This document shows, in pieces, positions 18,305 through 28,338 of a stretch of DNA of 64,000 nucleotides. The DNA lies in IMG/VR virus record IMGVR_UViG_3300031998_000005. One strand, written 5' to 3'. Positions within the stretch are counted from its first letter, which is position 1. Each line of letters starts with the position of its first letter. Source of the stretch: a virus (Duplodnaviria; Caudoviricetes). The position numbers were made by a program, and so were the translations under genes. The notes beneath the pieces were generated by a model. That model was not told the origin of the DNA. It worked only from the letters and a program-made list of their open reading frames with translations, and searched no databases.

Positions 18305-21300
18305 TTACACAAAGTAGAACAGGTTGGAACTACGGGCAGTAATCACATACTTTTTGCCCTCGTTATCACGGAGCAGGGCACCGTTCATTCCGTAAGTTCC
18401 ACGGCTCACACCGATGGTTTCAATGCCCTTCTTGCGGAGTGCCTTGGCTTCTTCATCGGAAATGGTCGTGATGTCTTCGGCTTGACCAAAACGAGCCATA
18501 TCTTTCAGTTCCTTCTGCTTCAAGGTAAGGCTCTCGGACTTCTTGGATTCATTTCTAGGGTCATACAAAATACTTGCACGATTAAGACTAGAAATAGGCA
18601 AACTAAATTCCTTACCTGTATCTACGGACTGACCCACAAATGTGCGAGGTTTTAGTTCACGAATATACTGCTTTACCCCATCAAGACTAATCATCATACC
18701 TACAACGAATTTAGTCTTGCCGTGCTTAAAATAGTCACCATCGCTATAACAATCCTTACAGAAAGCCCGATTACCCTCTCCCCAAATAGGGTCATCTGTG
18801 GGATTGCCACAGATAGAACAGATTACAGTTGCTTTCTCGGACTTCTTGGCTTCTTCCTTGCATTCGGGCAGATAGTCGCCTTGGAAAGTCTTGGTAGTAG
18901 CATAATACCACTTGCCGTCCTTATCGCCAAAGTAAGTCTGTCCAACAAGATTGCCGTTAATATCCATAGCATAGCCCGCAGTGTGGAGCCACTGCTTATT
19001 ACGAATATCGTTGAATTGTGCAGGCGTAGTAATCTCAACTGCGTCCAACGTCTTCATCTTGTTAATAAGGTCGGCACGGCTACGATACATACGATTACCC
19101 AACTTCTTCGGGGGCAAACCTTCGGTCTGCTTGCTTTCGTCATTAGCCTTGATGTCCTTGATTACAGACGGTCCATACTTTTGCAAGTAGGCGTGATAAT
19201 CGTCCATCGTCACGATTTCTTCGTAGGCACGACTATCCTTGTCAATAACATTAGTCACGGCTGTAGAAGCCCAACGCTTTAACTTTTCGGGCAGTCTGTC
19301 TTCAAACCAATCGTAGGCGACTTGCCACATAAAGTCAGTGTCTTCCTTGTCAATAGCGTCATCCTTGCCGTAGCCATAATACTTTTTCTTGGCTTCGGTC
19401 TGCTTGCTTTCGTTAGCAGGGTGTTCCGCAATCAACTTTTTAAGGTCGGCAGTAAGGTCATCCCACAGGTCTGTCAGTTTGTCTGCGGTGTAAGCCTTAT
19501 CCCACTCACGGATAACGCCAGGACCGATACCATCTTCATCAAAATCAAGAATATACGAAGCATTATCCGTAGTGCCATCATCGCAAATACCAAGAGCCAC
19601 AAGGACACCTGTGCCATCGGGCAACCACGTATAACATTCAACGTAATCGCTACTACCATTATCGCTATCCAAAGCCTCCGTATCATCAAGACCCAAATCA
19701 GCAAGAGTATTGCACAGGTCGCTGTATGCTTCGGAACCTTCTATTTCGGGGTCGCAATAGAAATAGTTTTTAAGTGTGTCGTGTCCGTATTGGTTCTTGG
19801 CTTCGGACGGCTTACCATCTGCGAAAACCTTGCGGTCAAGATAGAAACCCGCATCGCTAGGGTCATCTGCAAAAGAAGCGGAGTCGTTAGCCATTATCCA
19901 ATCGTTCAAAAGCCCCGCAGCCTTACTCACGCTACGTTCTTCATCGTAGTAAGTCGCCAACATATTGACGAAATGATTACCTTCTTTATCAGTAACAACC
20001 TTGCCACGCTTGGCAAGCCACTTGCTAAAATTCTTGATGTAGCGTTTACGCAATAACGCCATCACGTCCTTTTCAAACTTATCCGCTTCGGGGTCGGCAT
20101 CGTAGTTCACGAAATCGCCAACCTTGAACGTAGCGTCCGCTTCGTTCTTCTTGGTCTTATCGTCCTTACAATCCTTGCCCTTACAGCCCTTGTCATCGTC
20201 ATTACCCTCGGACTTACCGCCTTCGGAGTAAATGTCAAAATGCGGACTGCCGTTCACGCCATCCATAATAGCAACGTAGTCACCATCATCACTAGAACCT
20301 GTCAGTTCGCCATTGGCGAGTTTCTTGACAAGTTTTACGGCTTTATCGCCACCCTTATGGTCAGTAGTCAGCACTATAAGCATTTTAGGTTCACGACAAA
20401 GACCAAGCGGGATTTCTTCGCCATCAATAGACACATAGTCCTGGTCAAAGCAAGAGTCTACAAAGTCATTCAGCCTTTGCAAGTATTCGTCCATAGCATC
20501 GGGGTCTTCATCCCAATTCTCGCCATACTCGTCAATAATATCCTGCAACCTGTCTGCGGGGAGGTCAAGTTGCTCACAGGCTTCATCGTGGGTCATAACC
20601 TCGGCACCACGCCAAATATCTTCGTAGGCTTCGGACTTATCGCCCTTGGCGTAGTAGTCCATCTTGTTATCAAAGGCTGCGTATCGTGCTTTCTTGCGAT
20701 AGTCGGCAGTTGTCTGCTTGTCGCTAGACGAAGCCCAATAGATGTCAAACGAGTCGCCCACAATGTCGCCATTCGGCTTTTCCTGTTCGCCTGCCATAAC
20801 AATCACTTGCACAACGCCATCATCATCCTTGTAGGAATCAGCAAGTTCTTTCGCAGCATTGATAGCGTCATCTTCGTCATAGAAAGTTTTAGCCGCCTGC
20901 ATATCGTCCAAGCCTTCCTCATCGCCATCGGCATCAATGCGAGTAAGGTCCAGGGTGAAGATGTCCTTGTTGCCCTCGGCTTCGGACTTCTTGCTTTCAT
21001 CCTTTGCGTTAAGACCAAATGTTGAAGATATGCCCAAATCGTCATCAACGCAAAGGTCAAACCACTTCTTGCCAAAGGCTTTAAGGGCATCACGGTCATT
21101 GCCGTAAACATATACGGCTTTACCACCTGGAGGCAGTCGGGGGTCTTCACCCAAGTTGCGGGCGTATTCTGCACCCTTCGCAGCGTCTTCGTTAGACGTG
21201 AACACGATGACGAAGTAATCGGAGCCTTCGGCTTTATTAGACTCGGATTTACCACCAAGGACAGCATAAATCTTACTAACAAGTTCATCATCAAAATCAG

Positions 21301-22102
21301 CCCAATTAGTGCTTTCTCCCGTTTCGTCTTGAAACTCCACGGTGCCATCGCCCCAAACATTGACTTGTCCATAAGTGTGTCCGTCGTATTCAATCGGGTC
21401 AATCATAACTGCATCGGACGAGTCCCATTCAACTTCAATGCCGTCCTTATCACGATAGCAAGAGTTTTCGTCATCCCAAGTCCAACCCGCAGCCTTGGCA
21501 GCGTAGTGGTCCATATTATACTTGGCATAATCGTCAATAGACAGACCCTCGGACTTTTTGGATTCGTTAATAATAATACCCATAGCCTTAATATCGGGGT
21601 CATTCGCCATTTCTCTATGCAAATCAAACAAAGGCTTATACTTGTCTAACAGTTCTTTAGTAAACACGGAACCCATCGTAGAATACCCTGTATCGCCAAG
21701 CATAATCTCACCAAACTTGCCAAGAGAGTTTGAGCGTATTCGCAACTTACCACCAAGTTCTTTTGCTCTCTTACGATAAGCGTCCAACGTGGCTTCGGAC
21801 TTTTTGGATTCGTTAGACATAGACCAGAACCCGAAGTCCGCTCCATCGCCTTCGCTTGCACCAAAGTAGCAACCGTCGGGAGCGATTTCATTGAGCAAGT
21901 CAGTGAGTTCATCCACGACCCATCCCATAGTTTCATCGTCAAGGTTCTTCCAATCTTCAACTTCGGGATTTTCCTTGATATATTTGTCATACTTATCCTT
22001 GCCGTAGGTCTTCAAGACACCAAGGAATTTCGGGATAAGGTCATCGGATTTGAGAGTTCCACTAGACACGGAACGGTCACGCAAGTCTTCAATGTTTGCC
22101 AT
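18305..22102 (-). CDS. 1265-aa polyprotein of about 12 small domains joined by ESKKSE/ESKQTE-type linkers
   Basis: 4x ESKKSE, 2x ESKQTE, plus ESNKAE, EAKKSE, KKNE and KSE variants, spaced about 80-150 aa apart. Confidence 0.8.
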   Translation of the reverse strand: MANIEDLRDRSVSSGTLKSDDLIPKFLGVLKTYGKDKYDKYIKENPEVEDWKNLDDETMGWVVDELTDLLNEIAPDGCYFGASEGDGADFGFWSMSNESKKSEATLDAYRKRAKELGGKLRIRSNSLGKFGEIMLGDTGYSTMGSVFTKELLDKYKPLFDLHREMANDPDIKAMGIIINESKKSEGLSIDDYAKYNMDHYAAKAAGWTWDDENSCYRDKDGIEVEWDSSDAVMIDPIEYDGHTYGQVNVWGDGTVEFQDETGESTNWADFDDELVSKIYAVLGGKSESNKAEGSDYFVIVFTSNEDAAKGAEYARNLGEDPRLPPGGKAVYVYGNDRDALKAFGKKWFDLCVDDDLGISSTFGLNAKDESKKSEAEGNKDIFTLDLTRIDADGDEEGLDDMQAAKTFYDEDDAINAAKELADSYKDDDGVVQVIVMAGEQEKPNGDIVGDSFDIYWASSSDKQTTADYRKKARYAAFDNKMDYYAKGDKSEAYEDIWRGAEVMTHDEACEQLDLPADRLQDIIDEYGENWDEDPDAMDEYLQRLNDFVDSCFDQDYVSIDGEEIPLGLCREPKMLIVLTTDHKGGDKAVKLVKKLANGELTGSSDDGDYVAIMDGVNGSPHFDIYSEGGKSEGNDDDKGCKGKDCKDDKTKKNEADATFKVGDFVNYDADPEADKFEKDVMALLRKRYIKNFSKWLAKRGKVVTDKEGNHFVNMLATYYDEERSVSKAAGLLNDWIMANDSASFADDPSDAGFYLDRKVFADGKPSEAKNQYGHDTLKNYFYCDPEIEGSEAYSDLCNTLADLGLDDTEALDSDNGSSDYVECYTWLPDGTGVLVALGICDDGTTDNASYILDFDEDGIGPGVIREWDKAYTADKLTDLWDDLTADLKKLIAEHPANESKQTEAKKKYYGYGKDDAIDKEDTDFMWQVAYDWFEDRLPEKLKRWASTAVTNVIDKDSRAYEEIVTMDDYHAYLQKYGPSVIKDIKANDESKQTEGLPPKKLGNRMYRSRADLINKMKTLDAVEITTPAQFNDIRNKQWLHTAGYAMDINGNLVGQTYFGDKDGKWYYATTKTFQGDYLPECKEEAKKSEKATVICSICGNPTDDPIWGEGNRAFCKDCYSDGDYFKHGKTKFVVGMMISLDGVKQYIRELKPRTFVGQSVDTGKEFSLPISSLNRASILYDPRNESKKSESLTLKQKELKDMARFGQAEDITTISDEEAKALRKKGIETIGVSRGTYGMNGALLRDNEGKKYVITARSSNLFYFV

Positions 22103-22117
22103 AATGCTAACCTGTCG

Positions 22118-22264
22118 TTAAAAATTGGGAATAAAGTCGGGGAGAACATCGCCCTTGAAGTTCCCCTCCCACAATGCGTCATCACGCTCGTCTTTCGGTG
22201 CATACATCGCAAGGACGTATGACAAGTAGTTATACGAAGACGGCTTTTCAGTTTCTTCTGCCAT
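22118..22264 (-). CDS. small hypothetical protein (48 aa, MAEETEKPSS...)
   Basis: Translated by hand; fills the gap; GGAG upstream. Confidence 0.5.
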   Translation of the reverse strand: MAEETEKPSSYNYLSYVLAMYAPKDERDDALWEGNFKGDVLPDFIPNF

Positions 22265-22270
22265 AGGACA

Positions 22271-22495
22271 TTACTCCATTTCCGAAGTGTCCACATTGAA
22301 CACAATCTTGCCGTGGCAATCGGGAGTGTCCCAGATGTTGTCAATGGACATAATTTCAAGTTCTTGGTATTCATACGACATATCGTCATATTCGCCATCA
22401 AAGATTTCTTCAGCGTTGCCGTCCTTCAAGTCCACCAACACTACTCGTTGCATCCCTGCGTCTGCAAACAAATCCATAACGTCACTGACTGTCAT
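22271..22495 (-). CDS. small acidic hypothetical protein
   Basis: 74 aa, AGGGAG RBS. Confidence 0.65.
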   Translation of the reverse strand: MTVSDVMDLFADAGMQRVVLVDLKDGNAEEIFDGEYDDMSYEYQELEIMSIDNIWDTPDCHGKIVFNVDTSEME

Positions 22496-22569
22496 AGGAA
22501 AACTCCCTTGTTAAAGATATTTGTCAATAAAAATAATAAAATTTTTTGCCTTGCGAACAAATACATAAT

Positions 22570-22605
22570 AAAAAAGCACCCCCGCCATAAGGCAGGGGCA
22601 CTTTT
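22570..22605 (-). terminator. terminator after major capsid gene
   Basis: GC-rich hairpin (CCCC-GCC/GGC-GGGG) with a T6 run nearby on the minus strand. Confidence 0.55.
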
Positions 22606-22628
22606 CAAAGGTTCACACCTTTTACGGA

Positions 22629-24275
22629 TTAGCCGTTGCTTCCGCTACCGCTACCACCATTCGGGGTGGAGGTAAGGAACACATTGACATCCGCAGCGGG
22701 GTCGGCATCCTTGGTGATGACGATACGCTGAACGAACTCGGCAACCACAGGTTCAATCGCCTTCCAAGAAGCGATAGCACGCTGCTGTTGGAACGGGTTT
22801 TCGGCAACCTGCATAGTGTCGGTGAGGAACACCGGCATATAGGTAGCACAGACCACAGGTGCTTCAAACGGAGAGTTATCACTGCTGTAAGCACAGATAA
22901 CTTCGTTCGGAGCAACGATGGCGTTGGAACGGATAACCGTGATGCCTTCGTTTTCAAGAGTGCCATACACGTGCGGGCCAACGAGGTTGGTCTGCGGTGC
23001 AAGACGGAAACCAGGCAGAGAAGCGATATACTGACAAGCGACATAGCCCGCCACAATCTTGTTGGCGTGACCCTTACCCGCACGGCTACCGATGGCGGCA
23101 GATGCAGCCTGGATAGTGTAAAGGAAGGACTGACGATGTTCAAATTCGCTGATACCAGGAGTCTTGTTGAGATTCCAAGTAATCGGCTTCCACTTGTTAG
23201 CACACTTGACGTATGCGGCAAGAATCTTCTCGCTTTCAGCCATCGCCATATGACCCGTAAGGTCAGCGAGAACTTCATCACTTGCAGCCTTGCCGAAACG
23301 CTTGTTGAACTGGAAGGACTTGAACGTGCCCATCATTTCCTTAAGACCGATGATTTCAGCAGAAACCACCTTGGAGTCAAGGGAGTATTCAATAGCAGGA
23401 ACGTCCGGTGCCTTTTCAAAGTCCACATCATAAGTCACGCCACCCTGGTAGCCACTCGGAATAGTGAGAACGAGGTCACCACCATCCTGTGCAGCAGTCA
23501 CAGCAACCTTGCCGTAGAAAGTCGGCAACTGACCAGGACCGCCACAGACACCAACGATGTCTTCAACCTTGCCATCCTTGTCCACAAGACGCACGTTAAT
23601 CGGCATATTCCAACGGAGATTGCCGACACCATACTTGATGGTAGCCTTGCCGTCTGCAGCGATGACAAACTGACGTTCGGACATATAGCCCGTCGGAGAA
23701 GCCTGCCAACCCTTGAGAGCGTTGAACGTGATAGCGTCAAAGTTCTTGGCTGCGAGAGTGGCAGCGTCCAAATCGCCTTCGCCACTATCAGCAGGGCGAC
23801 CACGAGTGTCCAACCACTTCTTCCAAGCACCCGCAAAGGTCTTGTCGCCTTCAAACTTGCCGTCAGCGTCCATCCAGCGGTCTTCGGGGAGAGTCGGCAG
23901 ACCATTCTGTGCGGTCAGCGGATAGCCGTGGGTAAAGGTCTTCTTAAAGTAAATCAGACCCTGGGATTCATCAAGCGTCTGCACACTAGCCAACTGCGGA
24001 GCGATGGAGAGTGCGTAAGTGGCACTGATAAGGTCAAGAGCCACACGGGGGAGAACGCCAAGGCTAGAAGCCGAGGAGTTTTCGTTCACGTAGGATTCGT
24101 AACGCTTATAGTTGTCCATCTGCTGACCCAAGTTGTAGCGGGCGGTAGCAGAAAGAGTGCCCTTAAAGGACGGGGATTTAGCAAGTGCTTCAAACTGCTT
24201 GCTATAACGAGCATCGTAGGATTCTACGAGGCGGTTGAATTTCTGGTTAGACATTTCTTCAACGGAAGTCTTCAT
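22629..24275 (-). CDS. major capsid protein (T4 gp23-like)
   Basis: LASVQTL..SQGLIYFKK, vSAEiigLK, EVLADL..EsekIL, PVVCATYMPV; predicted propeptide cleavage at VNE65; strongly biased codon use. Confidence 0.92.
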   Translation of the reverse strand: MKTSVEEMSNQKFNRLVESYDARYSKQFEALAKSPSFKGTLSATARYNLGQQMDNYKRYESYVNENSSASSLGVLPRVALDLISATYALSIAPQLASVQTLDESQGLIYFKKTFTHGYPLTAQNGLPTLPEDRWMDADGKFEGDKTFAGAWKKWLDTRGRPADSGEGDLDAATLAAKNFDAITFNALKGWQASPTGYMSERQFVIAADGKATIKYGVGNLRWNMPINVRLVDKDGKVEDIVGVCGGPGQLPTFYGKVAVTAAQDGGDLVLTIPSGYQGGVTYDVDFEKAPDVPAIEYSLDSKVVSAEIIGLKEMMGTFKSFQFNKRFGKAASDEVLADLTGHMAMAESEKILAAYVKCANKWKPITWNLNKTPGISEFEHRQSFLYTIQAASAAIGSRAGKGHANKIVAGYVACQYIASLPGFRLAPQTNLVGPHVYGTLENEGITVIRSNAIVAPNEVICAYSSDNSPFEAPVVCATYMPVFLTDTMQVAENPFQQQRAIASWKAIEPVVAEFVQRIVITKDADPAADVNVFLTSTPNGGSGSGSNG

Positions 24276-24293
24276 AATGTCTTCTCCTTATGG

Positions 24294-24860
24294 TTAGGCT
24301 TTCTTGCCAATTTTGGAACGGAATTTCGCACGGGCTTCGTTGCAAGCCTTTTTACGGGCTTCGGCAGAACCCTGCTTGGATTCAGCCTTCTTCGCAGCAC
24401 GGCGGGCTTCAAGACGCTTGCGGAACGCTTCTGCACGAGCCTCATTACGGGCGGGAGCAGTAGCCTTGTTAGCAGAACGTCTGGCTTCAAGACGCTTGCG
24501 GAATGCTTCGCGGCGGGCAGCCTTGCGGGATTCTTCTGCGTCCTTGGGTTCTTCGCTACCTTCAACAGACGCAGAACCGAGAACTTCCTCTTCTTCCACA
24601 TCTTCCTTGGAGTTAGTGAGAACAGCGACAGTCACCGAGTTTTCGTTTTCCGGGTCGGGAGAAACGACAACCTGGATGTCCTTGTCTTCATCAGCGAAAA
24701 CGACTTCCGTTTCAGCAGCGTCCAACTTAACGTCGCCAACTTCAACGATGTTGTCATCTTCACGGAGTTTCTTTTCGGCTCTACGGGCTTCAAGACGCTT
24801 GCGGAAAGCAAGAGTGCGAGCCTCGTTGCGAGCAGAGATAGAGCGTTTGTGAGTAACCAT
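24294..24860 (-). CDS. scaffold / prohead core protein
   Basis: Start moved to MVTHKRS (24860, AAGGAG RBS); directly upstream of the capsid gene; 3x AFRKRLEARR around an acidic core. Confidence 0.65.
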   Translation of the reverse strand: MVTHKRSISARNEARTLAFRKRLEARRAEKKLREDDNIVEVGDVKLDAAETEVVFADEDKDIQVVVSPDPENENSVTVAVLTNSKEDVEEEEVLGSASVEGSEEPKDAEESRKAARREAFRKRLEARRSANKATAPARNEARAEAFRKRLEARRAAKKAESKQGSAEARKKACNEARAKFRSKIGKKA

Positions 24861-25046
24861 AATAATGGTCTCCTTGTTAGGGTTCTTGTTTTTTCTAGTG
24901 AAGCGGGAAACCCGCTCTCCTACAAGGGTTAATTTGTGCGTAATGCACGAATTGGCAGGGAAATTGCCTACCCTTTGACAACAGAATATAATAAAAAAAT
25001 TATGCGATTTCGCAAAAATCGCAAAGAAAATGTCAAAAAATGTCAA

Positions 25047-25091
25047 ATATAACAAGATACCTAATTCTACGTTGTAGGTAATTTGTTATAT
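25047..25091. promoter_or_regulatory. inverted pair of the ATATAACAARWTACCTA box (N11 spacer)
   Basis: ATATAACAAGATACCTA-attctacgttg-TAGGTAATTTGTTATAT, upstream of scaffold/capsid. Confidence 0.7.
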
Positions 25092-25141
25092 AAGGTAGAT
25101 ATAGTATTATATTTATTTTGTATGTAATCCTGTGTGCATAC

Positions 25142-25170
25142 AAAAAGAGTTCCGATTGCTCGGAACTCTC
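25142..25170 (-). terminator. rho-independent terminator
   Basis: GAGTTCCGA-N4-TCGGAACTC followed by a T-run. Confidence 0.75.
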
Positions 25171-25200
25171 TTGATGATTTTGTCGTAATTGGAATACGGG

Positions 25201-26607
25201 TTAATCCTCTTCGGACCAAATTTTACGAGCGTATTCAGTTGCTTCCGCAGAACCAAAAGGAGAGCCATCCAAAGGACTACCACTCAACACGCCATCCACC
25301 CATTCTGCAAATTCATCGGCAGTTCCAGAATAACCACCAAAGCCATCCAATTCTCGCATAATGGCATACTTACCAACGATTTCGGCGGCATCAGCATCGT
25401 TAATCACAAAGTCATCGTTAGTATGCGACAAGATTTCATCACATACTGTATCTAATGCGGTTTCTGCGTTAGATACAACAAAGTGCGAAAGGCTACTCTC
25501 GTTCTTCTTGGAAACACTCTCTTTCTTCTTCTGCATAGAACAGATGTTGGACTTGCTTTCAAAACTACCCCAACCCGTTGCAGGAGTCAGTCCACTAGGA
25601 ACATCAAAGCCCTTTTCCTTAACAATCTTAATAAGTTCGGGCATATCTTGGGGGCATTCTGCCATCGCCAACCGCAGGGTATTATTAACCTGGGCTTGAT
25701 TACGAGGATTCCAATTTTTGAACATCGGGTGCATTTCTTGTAGTTTGGCAAGGCTTTCCTTCTTCTTCTGCATAGAACAGGTGTGCTTCTTGGCTTCCTT
25801 CTTCTTGGATTCATCCACATAAACAGCATTATACGGACCCATTTCCTTACCCGTAGCACCACGATAAATCATAGACAAGTCATCACGGAAACCAAATCCA
25901 GGATGCTTAAAGCCACTACCGTCTTCAGCCGTTGCACGATGACGACCGTTCTTCCAAGAATAGTTCATAATGAACTTACCGTTAGAAGTCACATCCACGG
26001 AGTCATTATCCTTCATCGTAATCTTTATCCCCATTGTGGGATATGCCTTACTGTAATAGTCCTCGTAGTCCTTCCAAAACTGCGGATTACGCCAACAAGA
26101 CATCTTACCAAAATCGGGATAGTTCTGGTGAATGTCATACAACATAAACATCTTTTCGTTTTTCTTGGCTTCCTTCTTCTTGGACTCCATCAAATCCAAA
26201 GCAGTAGTCCCTTCCTCGTTCGGCTCGCCATACTTCTTCCAAATGGCTTGGGCTTCATCGTTATACCACTTGACATCAAAATTGTCATCGGTATAAACAA
26301 CCTTGCCAACCGCCATATCGGTGTCCCAAACTTCGCCCGACTTTTCATCATAGGGCATATAGAAGTCGGAGTAGTCCATCACCATCAGATTGCGATGCTT
26401 ATAGCCAATCTTGGAACAAAGGGTGTAGCCGTCCTGCTGATACAGGTCTTCTTCTTCATCGTAGCCCTCGCCCCAACCCATAACGAAACACAACTCGGTC
26501 CCGTCATCAGTTGTTTCAAGAGTCTTCCACCACACCACCGAACCCGATGTAGTAAGGGTCTTGATAGCGGTGTTAAAGTCCTTTCCTGTAATCTTCTTCA
26601 GTGCCAT
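25201..26607 (-). CDS. four-module polyprotein with ESKKKE and CSMQKKKES linkers
   Basis: 2x ESKKKEAKK, 2x CSMQKKKES. Confidence 0.75.
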   Translation of the reverse strand: MALKKITGKDFNTAIKTLTTSGSVVWWKTLETTDDGTELCFVMGWGEGYDEEEDLYQQDGYTLCSKIGYKHRNLMVMDYSDFYMPYDEKSGEVWDTDMAVGKVVYTDDNFDVKWYNDEAQAIWKKYGEPNEEGTTALDLMESKKKEAKKNEKMFMLYDIHQNYPDFGKMSCWRNPQFWKDYEDYYSKAYPTMGIKITMKDNDSVDVTSNGKFIMNYSWKNGRHRATAEDGSGFKHPGFGFRDDLSMIYRGATGKEMGPYNAVYVDESKKKEAKKHTCSMQKKKESLAKLQEMHPMFKNWNPRNQAQVNNTLRLAMAECPQDMPELIKIVKEKGFDVPSGLTPATGWGSFESKSNICSMQKKKESVSKKNESSLSHFVVSNAETALDTVCDEILSHTNDDFVINDADAAEIVGKYAIMRELDGFGGYSGTADEFAEWVDGVLSGSPLDGSPFGSAEATEYARKIWSEED

Positions 26608-26626
26608 AATACACCTTTCCTTTGCC

Positions 26627-27298
26627 TTATTCGGCTTCTACGTTAATTTCCTTATATCCGTCCTTGAACGAATAAGTTTCAAACTGCTTTTTGACTTCTG
26701 CCAAGAACTTATCCGCATTCGCCTGCGTCATCTGTTCTTCGGTCAATTTCATAACCACATCCAGGTCATCTTCGGGATGGCGACCATAGGTATAGTCAAA
26801 ACTGCGACTAATACGCCCGTGAAGTGTATGTTCACGCCCAAAGTTGTAAAGCCAAATCTCGGCATAAGCGAAAATCTCGCAACCTTCGCTCCACCACTGA
26901 TTTTCAAAGTCGTAGAAGTCATCGGAACGGAGGTCGCATTCCACGCCTTCCTTCTCGCATTGTTCCTTGTAGGCATCTTCGCACTGCTCCTGCAAGTAAT
27001 CGTAGTCCTTGTCAATCTTGTCATCTGCGTAGCCTTGACCGACAATGTTGTAGGAAGTGGTCATCCAAGTCTTTTTAACACCGCCATCGTTGTGGGAGAT
27101 ATATCCGCTGTAATCATCACGCTCAATATCTTCCACACCATCACCTAGTTCATACCAGGCATCACACATACCGCCACAAGACTGATTCACGTCATAGTTT
27201 TCAAGGATTTCGGTAGCCCCGTCCTTGATAAAACTATCGTAGAACTTCGCCCCTGCGGAACCGCTAGACTCGTGAACTCGGATTTTCATTTTAGACAT
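26627..27298 (-). CDS. tagged acidic cargo protein
   Basis: MSKMKIRVHES leader. Confidence 0.7.
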   Translation of the reverse strand: MSKMKIRVHESSGSAGAKFYDSFIKDGATEILENYDVNQSCGGMCDAWYELGDGVEDIERDDYSGYISHNDGGVKKTWMTTSYNIVGQGYADDKIDKDYDYLQEQCEDAYKEQCEKEGVECDLRSDDFYDFENQWWSEGCEIFAYAEIWLYNFGREHTLHGRISRSFDYTYGRHPEDDLDVVMKLTEEQMTQANADKFLAEVKKQFETYSFKDGYKEINVEAE

Positions 27299-27342
27299 AG
27301 GACTACTCTCCTTAAATCTTTCTCAATGCTGAAATATACATT

Positions 27343-28323
27343 TTATTTTTCAGTGAACTTGGACAGGTCGGCAGAACAAATCTCGTAAGTGCCCAAGTTG
27401 TAGTGGACTTTATCGCCCGAAGGCTTGACAATGCCCAACTCGGCAAGTTTCTGCAACAGCCTGCCGTCCATACTAGAACTTGCAAAAAATTCATTAGTGT
27501 CTAACGAATACCCAGGCAAGCACACAGAAACATCCGTATAAATCTCGCCATCGTCACACTCGGCAATCAAGGCAATACCATTCGTCATAGCGTATTGTTC
27601 CAAGCGGACCGTGAGATTATTTTCTTCCCCATAGGCTTTATACGTGAAATACTCCGTCCGCTTGCCGATAGGCAACTTACTCTTGCGAGCCTCGGCTACG
27701 CCTTCTTCAACCTTGTATTTGTTATACATTTCAATGGTCCACTGCTCGGCTTCTTCAACCGATGTGGTTTCCTTGATTTCACTACCATTAAAGTTTTCTG
27801 CAACATTGAACGTGAAAACACTTGCACTCAAACACACTTCCGCATCGGGAGAATACCAAGCGTCTACGACACCTGGAATGTCCGCAAGGTCGTTAATGTC
27901 GGACAACGAGCCAAACAATTCCCAATCCTTGCCGTTGCTATCCGCAGCAATCTGCTGCAAGGCATCACGGATAGATTCAACATCCACAAAAGCCACAAGT
28001 GCAGGAGCGGACGGCAAAACCGCCTTCTTGTATTCCTCCTGCATAACCTTTTCAACTTCTTCCCTGCTCGGACGGTCCTTAAAGGCAACCATAAGGTAAT
28101 TATCCTTTACGGTAGCCCTATCCACGTCAAGGGATATGTTTTCAATATCCCAAGCCACATCGGGGTCAAAATCCTCGGTGCCCTTGAATACCGCAAGTGC
28201 GTGTGCGGTATAACAAGACGGCAAGAAATCCCCAATTTCGTTCTTCAAGGACTGGGGAAGAAACAGGCTTTCGGCTTCCTGTTTCTTGCTCTCGTGCAAA
28301 CGGATAGACAATTTCTTGGACAT
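27343..28323 (-). CDS. tagged cargo protein with C-terminal DUF4313-like domain
   Basis: Start moved to MSKKLSIRLHES; C-domain (Y..NGIAL...YTDVSVCLP...L.ELGIVKPSG..Y) fits the DUF4313 pattern. Confidence 0.65.
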   Translation of the reverse strand: MSKKLSIRLHESKKQEAESLFLPQSLKNEIGDFLPSCYTAHALAVFKGTEDFDPDVAWDIENISLDVDRATVKDNYLMVAFKDRPSREEVEKVMQEEYKKAVLPSAPALVAFVDVESIRDALQQIAADSNGKDWELFGSLSDINDLADIPGVVDAWYSPDAEVCLSASVFTFNVAENFNGSEIKETTSVEEAEQWTIEMYNKYKVEEGVAEARKSKLPIGKRTEYFTYKAYGEENNLTVRLEQYAMTNGIALIAECDDGEIYTDVSVCLPGYSLDTNEFFASSSMDGRLLQKLAELGIVKPSGDKVHYNLGTYEICSADLSKFTEK

Positions 28324-28338
28324 TGTGATACACTCCAA

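Noticed and set aside
24272-24601. Alternative-frame ORF overlapping the scaffold and capsid start
   Set aside because: Explained by repeats in the scaffold gene; no slippery site or RBS seen
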